Source: Bacillota bacterium
GTDB taxonomy: Bacteria; Bacillota; Clostridia; Christensenellales; Aristaeellaceae
DNA: 64,000 nucleotides
NCBI GenBank assembly: GCA_023411395.1
Contig: JAEYOV010000062.1
Coordinates: forward strand, 42,033 to 106,032
Direction: 5' to 3'
Positions 36,241 to 44,263 of this stretch are shown piece after piece. Below the pieces are notes generated by a model. That model was given only the letters and a program-made list of their open reading frames with translations, was not told the origin of the DNA and made no database searches. A program made the translations under genes and the position numbers. The first letter of the stretch is position 1. Each line of letters begins with the position of its first letter.

Positions 36241-37047
36241 TTACACCCCCTTCGCACCGTACTGCGCTTCGCATGTCCGGTGTTTCGCATTGTCGCTGCG
36301 CTCCAAAGGTCCAGGCTCGCCGTGCTCCCCCATCCGGCTCAATCGTCGCATCGCTTCGCTGCCGCTCGCGCTGCTCGTTTCGCCAGCCCCCTCCACACCG
36401 CCCATTTCCGCCACTGGCGGGGGCGGTGTTTCAGAGCCCTTGAGGCTCGGGTTCCAGGCGGCAAAGCGCCGGAGCATATTCAGGCCGTCCTCACCGCTCT
36501 TTTCAGGGTGGAACTGGGCTGCCACCACCGTGCCCTTTTGCGCCACGGCGGTAAACGGGATGCCGTAATGGGCGGTAGCTGTCGTCCATTCCGGGGAAAT
36601 ATCGGCCATCAGGTAGGAATGCACGAAGTACACACAGGGATGCTGGGCCGCGTCAAACAGCACGCAGTCCTTTGTGTCCAGCGTATTCCAGCCCATGTGG
36701 GGGATTTTAAGCCCCATTTCCGGAAAGCGGGTAATGGTGCCGGGCAAAAGTCCCAACCCCTCGTAATGACCGTTTTCCACGCTATCCTCATACATCAATT
36801 GCATTCCAAGGCAGATACCCAGGAAGGGGATATTCCGCCTGGCGACCTCCAGCGCAGCTTCGTACAAGCCCGATTCCTTCAAACGGGCCATGGCATCCCG
36901 GAAGGCGCCCACCCCCGGCAGCACCACGTGGTCCGCCGCCAGCACCCGGTCCGGGTCATCGGTTACTTCCGCCTGATGGCCCAGATATTCAAACGCCTTT
37001 TGCACGCTGCGCAGGTTACCCATGCCGTAATCCATGATGGCGATCAT
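36241..37047 (-). CDS. hisH: Imidazole glycerol phosphate synthase, glutaminase subunit, with a ~68-aa repeat-encoded C-terminal extension
   Basis: [14 protein letters not shown]...LPGVGAF...GICLGMQL...FVHSY...QFHPEKSG is HisH up to about residue 200. Residues 201-268 ([32 protein letters not shown]...) are encoded by dispersed element copy B. Confidence 0.88.
   Translation of the reverse strand: MIAIMDYGMGNLRSVQKAFEYLGHQAEVTDDPDRVLAADHVVLPGVGAFRDAMARLKESGLYEAALEVARRNIPFLGICLGMQLMYEDSVENGHYEGLGLLPGTITRFPEMGLKIPHMGWNTLDTKDCVLFDAAQHPCVYFVHSYLMADISPEWTTATAHYGIPFTAVAQKGTVVAAQFHPEKSGEDGLNMLRRFAAWNPSLKGSETPPPPVAEMGGVEGAGETSSASGSEAMRRLSRMGEHGEPGPLERSDNAKHRTCEAQYGAKGV
36335..36446 (-). repeat. Dispersed ~110-nt element, copy B, lying inside the hisH reading frame
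   Basis: The minus strand reads CCTCAAGGGCTCTGAAACACCGCCCCCGCCAGTGGCGGAAATGGGCGGTGTGGAGGGGGCTGGCGAAACGAGCAGCGCGAGCGGCAGCGAAGCGATGCGACGATTGAGCCGG. This aligns with copies A and C. Confidence 0.75.
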
Positions 37048-37065
37048 ATGAAACCTCCCTCAGCC

Positions 37066-37851
37066 TTAAAAACCAAGCAGGTTTTGGGCGTTTTTATAAA
37101 GCATTTTCTCCATATCCCCAGGCGAAAAGTTCAAGGCATGCAAACGGTTCAACTCCTTAAGCGGCGTCCACATGGGGTAATCGGTACCGAAAAGCACCCT
37201 GTCCACACCGTAGCGGAGGATGATCTCCCTGGCCGCATCCGGCGTAAGGGCGTACAGGCTGGAGGATGTGTCCACCCATACATTGGGTCGCCCGGCCAGA
37301 ACCCTATGGGCGTCCTCCCACCGGGACCAGCCTCCCAGGTGGGCGCAGATGGTTTGCATGCGGGGGAACCTGTCCAGCACTTTTGCCATGCGCTCGGGCC
37401 GGCTGGTTTCATAGCGCCTGTCCCCGGTGTGGATGAGCAGCGGAATGCGCCCCTCAATGGCCTCGTAAATGGGGAACGCCTTTTCATCGTCGATGTTGAA
37501 ATGCTGAAAATCCGGGTGCAGCTTCAGACCCTTGAGTCCAAGGGATATGGCTCTGTCGATCTCCTCCGCGATATGCTTATGATCCGGGTGCATGGTTAAA
37601 AAGCCAATCAGGTTTGCATGTCCGCGAACCGCCCCGGCGATAAAATCGTTGATACGCGCCACTTTTTCCCAGGTGACGGCCACGGAATGCACTGCCACTT
37701 TCGTGATTCCCGCCGCAGTTTCCTCCTTGAGCAGCGTTTGCAGCGTCCCATCGTGGCACATGGGGAGGCCATAGAACTCCCCAATGATGCCGGATGCCTT
37801 TTTCGCGATGGCATCGGGATAAATATGGGCATGAATGTCCAGGATGGGCAT
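37066..37851 (-). CDS. Amidohydrolase-family (TIM-barrel metal-dependent hydrolase) protein
   Basis: The N-terminus is ILDIHAHIYP, with later LHPDFQ and HTGD motifs. 261 aa. Confidence 0.75.
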   Translation of the reverse strand: MPILDIHAHIYPDAIAKKASGIIGEFYGLPMCHDGTLQTLLKEETAAGITKVAVHSVAVTWEKVARINDFIAGAVRGHANLIGFLTMHPDHKHIAEEIDRAISLGLKGLKLHPDFQHFNIDDEKAFPIYEAIEGRIPLLIHTGDRRYETSRPERMAKVLDRFPRMQTICAHLGGWSRWEDAHRVLAGRPNVWVDTSSSLYALTPDAAREIILRYGVDRVLFGTDYPMWTPLKELNRLHALNFSPGDMEKMLYKNAQNLLGF

Positions 37852-37903
37852 AAAGGCCTCCGAATAATCAGAAGAGTGCCGGTTTTCCCGGCACCCCTTT
37901 GTG

Positions 37904-39184
37904 CTATGCTTGGCGATATAAAATTTCTTCCCGCCGGGGGCCGTTGGACACCATGCGGATAGGCACCCCCAGCTGCCGTTCCAAAAAGGCTACGTACCGC
38001 TTGCAGTTTTCAGGCAATTGCTCAAATTGCCGGATGGATCTGACATCGCACTCCCAGCCCGGGAGCATGGTATATACCGGCTTGGCACGCATGAGCTTTG
38101 GAGTGGTGGGGAACTGCTCAATCTTTTCTCCGTCGATCTCATACGCTGTGCAGACGGGGATTTCCTTCAAATAGCCCAGCACGTCAAGGTTTGTGAGCAC
38201 GGCCTCCGTACCGCCCTGGACCATTACGCCGTAGCGGCTGGCTACCGCGTCGAACCAGCCCACCCGGCGGGGCCGGCCTGTGGTGGCCCCGTATTCCCCG
38301 GCGTCGCCGCCCCGGTTGCGCAGCTCCACCGCCTCGTCGCCATCAAGCTCCGTCACAAAGGGACCCGCTCCCACACAGCTGGAGTAGGCTTTGGTAACGC
38401 AGTAAATATCCTTCATGTCCCATAGCGGAACGCCCGCACCCACCGTGCCATACCCCGCCAGGGGCGAGGAGGAGGTGGTATAGGGGTAGATGCCGTGATC
38501 CGGGTCCCGGAGGGAACCAAGCTGCCCTTCCAGCAGAATGGTCTTGCCCTCCTTCACAGCCTTGTGCAGGTACACGGTTGTGTCGCACACCATGGGCCGG
38601 ATCAGCCTGGCCAGGGCCGTGTACGTTTCCACCAGCGAATCCACATCGATGGGAGGCTTGCCGTACAGGTTGGTCAACATGGTGTTTTTCAGCACAGCCA
38701 CATTTTGAAGCTTTTCCCGAAGCAGGTTCTCATCATAAAGCTGGCACACCTGCAGGCCAATTTTCATGTATTTGTCGCCGTAAAAGGGAGCGATGCCCGA
38801 TTTGGTGCTGCCAAAGGATTTGCCTCCCAGCCGCTCCTCCTCATACTTGTCAAAATCCACGTGATAGGGCATCATCACCTGGGCGCGGTCGGAAATCAGC
38901 ACCTTGGGCTTGGGCACGCCGCGGCCGACCAGCGTATTGAGCTCATGCAGCAATGCTTCGATATTGAAGGCCACGCCCGGCCCGATGATATTTACGATAT
39001 GCTGGTGAAACACGCCGGAGGGCAGCAAATGCAGCGCGAACTTGCCGTATTCATTGATGATGGTATGCCCGGCATTGGCACCGCCCTGAAAGCGGACAAC
39101 GATGTCGCTCTTCTCCGCCAGCACGTCCGTCACTTTTCCCTTGCCTTCGTCTCCCCAGTTGGCACCAACGATGGTACGGATCAT
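37904..39184 (-). CDS. purA: Adenylosuccinate synthase
   Basis: ATG at 39184 follows AGGAGGGG. The sequence VGANWGDEGKGKVTD...QGGANAGHT...GTTGRP is the PurA signature. Confidence 0.92.
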   Translation of the reverse strand: MIRTIVGANWGDEGKGKVTDVLAEKSDIVVRFQGGANAGHTIINEYGKFALHLLPSGVFHQHIVNIIGPGVAFNIEALLHELNTLVGRGVPKPKVLISDRAQVMMPYHVDFDKYEEERLGGKSFGSTKSGIAPFYGDKYMKIGLQVCQLYDENLLREKLQNVAVLKNTMLTNLYGKPPIDVDSLVETYTALARLIRPMVCDTTVYLHKAVKEGKTILLEGQLGSLRDPDHGIYPYTTSSSPLAGYGTVGAGVPLWDMKDIYCVTKAYSSCVGAGPFVTELDGDEAVELRNRGGDAGEYGATTGRPRRVGWFDAVASRYGVMVQGGTEAVLTNLDVLGYLKEIPVCTAYEIDGEKIEQFPTTPKLMRAKPVYTMLPGWECDVRSIRQFEQLPENCKRYVAFLERQLGVPIRMVSNGPRREEILYRQA

Positions 39185-39254
39185 GGAGGCCCCTCCTTCT
39201 GCCGCCAGCCTCTTTGCTAACGGCCATGGGCGCACAACAAAAGCGCCCTTCCCT

Positions 39255-39283
39255 GTTATACAATACCAGGGCGCTTCTGTCAA
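39255..39283 (-). promoter_or_regulatory. Sigma-70-type promoter upstream of purA
   Basis: On the minus strand: TTGACA (39283-39278), 17-nt spacer, TATAAC (39260-39255). Confidence 0.5.
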
Positions 39284-39287
39284 CTGT

Positions 39288-39312
39288 CGGAAAAATGACG
39301 CCGTCATTTTTT
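39288..39312 (-). terminator. Small intrinsic terminator after the aminotransferase gene
   Basis: On the minus strand: AAAAAATGAC-ggc-GTCATTTTT. Confidence 0.5.
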
Positions 39313-39343
39313 AAGGCTGCATTTTTCGCTGTGGCTTTATGCT

Positions 39344-40573
39344 TTACTTAAGCCCGTCAAGCCTTTCCGTAGCCCTTAATGTGTTTTCTCTCGTATTGAA
39401 GGCGGTCAGGCGGAAGTACCCTTCGCCGCTGGGCCCGAAGCCGGAGCCCGGCGTACCTACCAGATACAGTTTTTTCAGCAGCAGGTCAAAGAAATCCCAG
39501 GAGGTCATGCCTCCGGGCACCTTCAGCCAGATGTAGGGGGCGTCCACACCGCCAAACACCTTCATCCCCTGGGCCAATAGCGCGTCCCGGATGATCTTCG
39601 CGTTTTCCATGTAGTAGGCGATGGTTTCCCTGATTTGCTTCTGCCCTTCGGGCGTATACACTGCGGCCGCCCCCACCTGAACAGGGTAGCTGACGCCGTT
39701 GAACTTGGTGGCCATGCGCCGCTTCCACAGGCCGTTCAGCGTTACCTTTTCCCCATTTGCGCCCAAACCCTTCACGGCGTGGGGCACTATGGTATAGGCG
39801 CAGCGTACACCTGTAAAACCTGCGGTCTTGGAGAAGGAGTTGCACTCGATGGCCACTTCCTTGGCGCCCTCCACCTCGTAGATGGACAGGGGAATTTGAG
39901 GCCTTGTGACATAAGCCCGGTAGGCGGCGTCGTAGATGATGATGCTGCCATGCTCCCTGGCGTAATCCACAAACACCTTCAACTGCTCTTTGGTGAGCGT
40001 GGTACCCGTGGGGTTGTTGGGATAGCATAGGTAGATCACATCCACCGGCTCCTTGGGGAGATCGGGCACAAATCCGTTTTCTTCATTACAGGATAGGTAT
40101 GTAAGGTTGGTCCATTTCCCGTCCGGGCCATAATCACCGGCCCGGCCCGCCATGGCATTGCTGTCCACGTACACAGGGTACACGGGATCGGTGACGGCCA
40201 CGCGGCAGTCCGTGGAAAACAGCTCCTGGATATTGCCTACGTCGCACTTGGCTCCGTCGGAAATGAAAACCTCGTCATATTCCAACTGGACGCCCCGTGA
40301 CGCGTAATCGCTTTCCCGGATGGCGTTTACCAGAAAATCGTAGCCGAAATCCGGACCGTATCCTTTGAAGGTGCGCGCGTCGGCCATTTCATCCACAGCC
40401 CTGTGCAGGGCCGAGATCACGGCAGGGCATAGCGGCTGGGTCACATCGCCAATACCCAGACGGATGATATCCGCAGCCGGGTTTTCCCCCGCAAAGGCTT
40501 TCACACGGCGGGCAATCTCAGCGAAAAGATAAGAACCGGGCAGCTTTTGATAATTTTCATTGATGCGCAGCAT
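39344..40573 (-). CDS. dapL: LL-diaminopimelate aminotransferase
   Basis: ATG at 40573 follows AAGGAGG. The sequence [24 protein letters not shown]...[12 protein letters not shown]...[12 protein letters not shown] has the PLP lysine context typical of DapL. Confidence 0.8.
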   Translation of the reverse strand: MLRINENYQKLPGSYLFAEIARRVKAFAGENPAADIIRLGIGDVTQPLCPAVISALHRAVDEMADARTFKGYGPDFGYDFLVNAIRESDYASRGVQLEYDEVFISDGAKCDVGNIQELFSTDCRVAVTDPVYPVYVDSNAMAGRAGDYGPDGKWTNLTYLSCNEENGFVPDLPKEPVDVIYLCYPNNPTGTTLTKEQLKVFVDYAREHGSIIIYDAAYRAYVTRPQIPLSIYEVEGAKEVAIECNSFSKTAGFTGVRCAYTIVPHAVKGLGANGEKVTLNGLWKRRMATKFNGVSYPVQVGAAAVYTPEGQKQIRETIAYYMENAKIIRDALLAQGMKVFGGVDAPYIWLKVPGGMTSWDFFDLLLKKLYLVGTPGSGFGPSGEGYFRLTAFNTRENTLRATERLDGLK

Positions 40574-40617
40574 ACTTTTCCTTTCCTCCTTTACGGTCGT
40601 ATCATCAGCATGGTATT

Positions 40618-41451
40618 TTACTTTAGCCAATCTCCGTCAAACACAAATTCCCCCGGCCCTTCCTGATAGACGTGGTTGTCCCTGGCGGACCAAAACACCT
40701 GCAAATTGCCGCCCAGAAGCTGCAAGGTGGCCTGGCGGTCGGCCTTCCCCCGTAAAACCGCCGCCACCAGCGACGCGCAGGCCCCGGTACCGCAGGCCAG
40801 CGTTTCCCCCGTGCCCCGCTCCCAAACCCGCATTTGTATCAGGTCGCGGCGGATGATCCTTACAAATTCTACATTGGTACGCTGGGGAAAGAGGGGATGG
40901 TTTTCAATGGCGGGGCCCACCACGGGTAGGTTCACAAGCTCCGGGTCGTCCACGAACAGTACTGCGTGGGGATTGCCCATGCTGACGCAGGTGATCTGAT
41001 ACGTATGCCCTGCCGCCTGGATGCGCTGATCCAGCACCATTTCCCCCGGCAGATCCACCGGGACAAGCTTCGGATTCAGCTCCGGCGAACCCATGTCCAC
41101 CCGTACCTTTTGCACCAGGCCGTTTTCCACGGTGAGCTTCAATGGCCGGAGCCCACTTACGGTGCGCAGCGTGATCTCCGTCTTTTGGGTCAGCCCCCGC
41201 TCATACACGTACTTGCCTATACACCGGGAGGCGTTGCCGCACATTTGTGCCTCGCTGCCGTCGGCATTGAATATCCGCATCCCGAAATCCGCCGTATCGC
41301 TGGGCTCGATCAAAACCAGGCCGTCCGCCCCCACGCCAAAGTGAGACCGGCTCATAGCAACGGCCAATTCACGGGGATTCTGTACAATCTCCTCAAAACA
41401 ATTCACATAAATATAATCGTTGCCTATCCCGTGCATCTTGGTAAACCGCAT
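40618..41451 (-). CDS. dapF: Diaminopimelate epimerase
   Basis: ATG at 41451 follows AAGGAG. The sequence [14 protein letters not shown]...[16 protein letters not shown]...[11 protein letters not shown] contains both catalytic Cys motifs. Confidence 0.9.
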   Translation of the reverse strand: MRFTKMHGIGNDYIYVNCFEEIVQNPRELAVAMSRSHFGVGADGLVLIEPSDTADFGMRIFNADGSEAQMCGNASRCIGKYVYERGLTQKTEITLRTVSGLRPLKLTVENGLVQKVRVDMGSPELNPKLVPVDLPGEMVLDQRIQAAGHTYQITCVSMGNPHAVLFVDDPELVNLPVVGPAIENHPLFPQRTNVEFVRIIRRDLIQMRVWERGTGETLACGTGACASLVAAVLRGKADRQATLQLLGGNLQVFWSARDNHVYQEGPGEFVFDGDWLK

Positions 41452-41585
41452 GACAACCGCTCCTTTTCTTGCGGAATTGCAGGGATGTTTAACTCGTATT
41501 ATATGGGAAAGTCCGAAAAACTTCCACAGAAAGCAAAAAAGATGTGATTTTGTCATATATTTGTAATAAATTGTTAAGGCCGTTG

Positions 41586-41614
41586 TTGACGAATGTTCGT
41601 CCCAATTCTATAAT
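41586..41614 (+). promoter_or_regulatory. Sigma-70-type promoter for the glycosidase gene
   Basis: TTGACG (41586-41591), 17-nt spacer, TATAAT (41609-41614). Confidence 0.6.
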
Positions 41615-41661
41615 AAAAGGACAGGCTATGGCATATACCTTGTCCAAGGAGGTGTGTATGC

Positions 41662-42618
41662 ATGCAGATGTTCCGTAAAATGACCGCCATTGTGGTGGCG
41701 ATACTCCTTTTTCTGCCCATAAACCCCGCACTGGTGGAGGAAGGGTCATCCCCGGCGGAAACAGGCGATCCCCCGGCGTTTGATCCCTTGATCGAGGGGG
41801 GATACCTTCCCGAGGGAATGGAACCTTACTTTGTTAAGGATTGGGAAAATGGCGCCTGGCTGTATGTGACCCAGGATCTACGGGTGGAGATCACCCGCTA
41901 CCGCCGTGTAACACCCACCAAACTGGTATGGTACATCGCGGACATACGCAGCGAAAAAGAGGCCCTTCGCACCATCAGCTTCAACGAGGAGAGGCCCGGC
42001 CGTACCAACGGCTTGCCGGAAATCATAGCGCAGAACCACAAGGTGGTCTACGCCCAGAGCGGTGATTTTTACTCTTACCGGGTGGCCAACGACAAGCGCA
42101 CCGGCGTCATCATCCGAAACGGCAAAATCATTCACAGCAAGACGTACTCCAAGTCCATCATGAATTTGCCCAGCCTGGACACAGCCGCCTTCTTCCCCAA
42201 TGGAGATATGAAGGTGTTTGAATCCTATGAGCTTTCCGCCCAGGAGTACATTGACATGGGCGCAACCGAAGTGTTGTCCTTCGGCCCCATCCTTTTGCGG
42301 GACGGCGTGATAAATCCCGTGATGTACACCAACTTTACCCACGAGGAGCCCCGCAGCGCCATCGGCATCATCGGGCCGGGCCACTACATCGGCTTGCTGG
42401 TGGAGGGCCGCACCGAATTCTCAGAGGGATGCGGCCTGAAGTTCATGGCGGAAACGCTATCCGATCTGGGCTGCACCGACGCGCTGAATCTGGACGGCGG
42501 CGGCACCGCAGCCATGGTATTCATGGGCGAAAGCGTGGAGCTTGGCAGCGGTCAGGGTGCTTCCGAAAACGCCCGGGCCATCCCGGATATCCTTGCCATC
42601 GGTACCTATGAAGAATGA
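41662..42618 (+). CDS. Secreted phosphodiester glycosidase family (DUF2233) protein
   Basis: Signal peptide MTAIVVAILLFLPINPA. The sequences SGDFY...SFGPILLRDG...RSAIGI...ALNLDGGGTAAMVF are typical of this family. Confidence 0.75.
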   Translation: MQMFRKMTAIVVAILLFLPINPALVEEGSSPAETGDPPAFDPLIEGGYLPEGMEPYFVKDWENGAWLYVTQDLRVEITRYRRVTPTKLVWYIADIRSEKEALRTISFNEERPGRTNGLPEIIAQNHKVVYAQSGDFYSYRVANDKRTGVIIRNGKIIHSKTYSKSIMNLPSLDTAAFFPNGDMKVFESYELSAQEYIDMGATEVLSFGPILLRDGVINPVMYTNFTHEEPRSAIGIIGPGHYIGLLVEGRTEFSEGCGLKFMAETLSDLGCTDALNLDGGGTAAMVFMGESVELGSGQGASENARAIPDILAIGTYEE

Positions 42619-42635
42619 GAAAAGGCGGCGTACAA

Positions 42636-43667
42636 ATGATCCCGTTTTGCAGCGACTACCAGGAAGGGGCCCATCCCACGATATTGGAAAAGCTGGCGTC
42701 CATCAATTTCACGCAAAATCCGGGCTACGGAACGGACGGTATCTGCCATGAGGCAGCGGCGCTGATAAAGGATAAATGTCATTGCCCGGACGCCGACATC
42801 CACTTTCTGGTGGGTGGCACGCAAACCAACACTGCCGTGATCTCCGCCGCGCTGCGGCCGCACCAGGGCGTATTGTGCGCACATACCGGGCATATCAACG
42901 TCCATGAGACGGGCGCCATCGAGGCCACCGGCCATAAGGTGCTGGCTATCCAAAGCCCCGACGGCAAAATTACCGCCGAACAAGTGGAAAGGGAAGTTTT
43001 GCTTCAGGCGGACTTCGAGCATACTGTCAAGCCCGGCATGGTATACGTTTCCTTCTCCACCGAGGTAGGCACCCTCTACACCCCTCAGGAGCTTGCCGCT
43101 CTGCGCAGGGTATGCGACAAGCATCATCTGTACCTGTTCCTGGACGGTGCGCGCCTGGGCTACGGCCTGTGCGGGGAAGGTAACGATGTTTCCCTCCCCG
43201 ACATCGCAAGGCTTTGTGACGTGTTCTACATCGGCGGCACCAAGGTGGGCGCGCTGTTCGGCGAGGCGGCAGTGATCACAAACCCCGCATTGAAGCCCGA
43301 CTTCCGCTACTTCATCAAGCAACGCGGTGGATTATTGGCCAAGGGCTGGCTGCTTGGCGTGCAATTCCTGGCCCTGTTTCAGGAAGACAGGTATTTCACC
43401 ATCGCCGCCCACGCCCAAAGGATGGCTATGATGATCCGGGACACGCTGCACCGCATGAACATCCCATTCCTCATTGATTCCCCCACCAACCAGCAGTTCC
43501 CCATCCTGCCGGATGATGTCCTTGCAAAGCTTTCGGACAAATACGCCTTCTCCTTCTGGGAAAAGACCGATGCCGCCCACACAGCCGTCCGCATCTGCAC
43601 CTCCTGGGCCACCCGGGAAGAAGACGTGCTGGCGCTGATACGGGACTTAGGGGACGCTGTCCCCTAA
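42636..43667 (+). CDS. PLP-dependent low-specificity threonine aldolase / beta-eliminating lyase family protein
   Basis: The sequence MIPFCSDYQEGAHPTILEKL...GGTQTN...YIGGTKVGALFGEA has the PLP Lys context. The last seven codons (LGDAVP-stop) are formed by hairpin 1 of module M4. Confidence 0.75.
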   Translation: MIPFCSDYQEGAHPTILEKLASINFTQNPGYGTDGICHEAAALIKDKCHCPDADIHFLVGGTQTNTAVISAALRPHQGVLCAHTGHINVHETGAIEATGHKVLAIQSPDGKITAEQVEREVLLQADFEHTVKPGMVYVSFSTEVGTLYTPQELAALRRVCDKHHLYLFLDGARLGYGLCGEGNDVSLPDIARLCDVFYIGGTKVGALFGEAAVITNPALKPDFRYFIKQRGGLLAKGWLLGVQFLALFQEDRYFTIAAHAQRMAMMIRDTLHRMNIPFLIDSPTNQQFPILPDDVLAKLSDKYAFSFWEKTDAAHTAVRICTSWATREEDVLALIRDLGDAVP

Positions 43668-43809
43668 GAACCCCTGCCAAAGGGCTCCGGAACCGAGCGC
43701 CGCCTGTGGCGGATGAAGCGAGGTGGAGGAGGCTGGCGAAACCAGCGATGCAAGCGGCAGCGCAGCAGCGCGCCGATTGAGCCAGATGGGAATATCCCTT
43801 TGGAATCCC
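43646..43809 (+). repeat. Gene-terminal hairpin module M4 with dispersed element copy C (43685-43795) nested in the loop of hairpin 2
   Basis: Hairpin 1 is CTTAGGGGAC-gct-GTCCCCTAAG (43646-43668) and contains the TAA stop. Hairpin 2 has arms CCAAAGGG (43677-43684) and CCCTTTGG (43796-43803), separated by 111 nt instead of the 5-7 nt seen in M1-M3. The AATCCC box follows. Confidence 0.8.
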
Positions 43810-43976
43810 AAATTTGATAAAAATAAAAAGCCTGTCCTTTCCATGCAATACACAAGCGGAAAAGGCAGAAAGGCAGATTTCGATGTTCCTCAAGGCCCTC
43901 GAAAAAGATCAGCTCATATGCCATTTGAAAATGCGAATGCAACGATGAACACTTGCTCATAGAGAATAAACAAACT

Positions 43977-44073
43977 CTGCGCGCTGTCATCCTGAGAAGC
44001 GGAGCGGCGAAGGATCTTAGCGCAGCATAAAACACCAAGATCCTTCATTTCGATCAGGATGACAGTCTGCGCG
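43977..44073. repeat. ~97-nt imperfect palindrome of the GTCATCCTGA / GAAGGATC type
   Basis: Arm pairs are GCTGTCATCCTGA (43983-43995) / TCAGGATGACAGTC (44054-44067) and GAAGGATCTT (44009-44018) / AAGATCCTTC (44038-44047). CTGCGCG sequences flank both ends. Confidence 0.75.
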
Positions 44074-44141
44074 ATTGGAATCACTTTCAGAGCTCCTGCT
44101 CATCGATGCACTAATGGTTTGGTTTGGCATCAAGAAATACG

Positions 44142-44188
44142 AAAAAACCGTCCCTTCCGCTGGTCATATGCTACGGAAGAGACGGTTT
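44142..44188 (-). terminator. Intrinsic terminator downstream of pheT
   Basis: On the minus strand: AAACCGTCTCTTCCG, 14-nt loop, CGGAAGGGACGGTTT, then TTTTCG. Confidence 0.75.
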
Positions 44189-44204
44189 AAATGATTCCCT
44201 TATC

Positions 44205-44263
44205 ATAGGGATTCCAAAAGGGCTTTGTCCCTTTGGCAGGAGTGCAGGGGACAGCGTCCCCTG
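44205..44263 (-). repeat. Gene-terminal bipartite hairpin module, copy M3
   Basis: On the minus strand, directly after the pheT TAG: CAGGGGAC-gct-GTCCCCTG (44263-44245), then CCAAAGGGAC-aaa-GCCCTTTTGG (44236-44214), then AATCCCTAT. The 17-nt core AGGGGACGCTGTCCCCT is identical to that in M4. Confidence 0.8.

Noticed and set aside
39185-39343. Possible purine riboswitch or other leader RNA upstream of purA.
   Set aside because: The region holds a terminator, a promoter and one short GC hairpin. None of the conserved purine-riboswitch blocks (for example the U-rich junction or the CCGxxxC loop-loop motifs) are present.
43664-44038. ORFs of 124 aa (minus strand), 79 aa (+ strand, 43723-43962) and others in the aldolase-pheT spacer.
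   Set aside because: They are translations of dispersed element C and of the GTCATCCTGA palindrome. The same nucleotide repeats elsewhere are not kept in a consistent frame, and copy C has a TGA where copy B is open.
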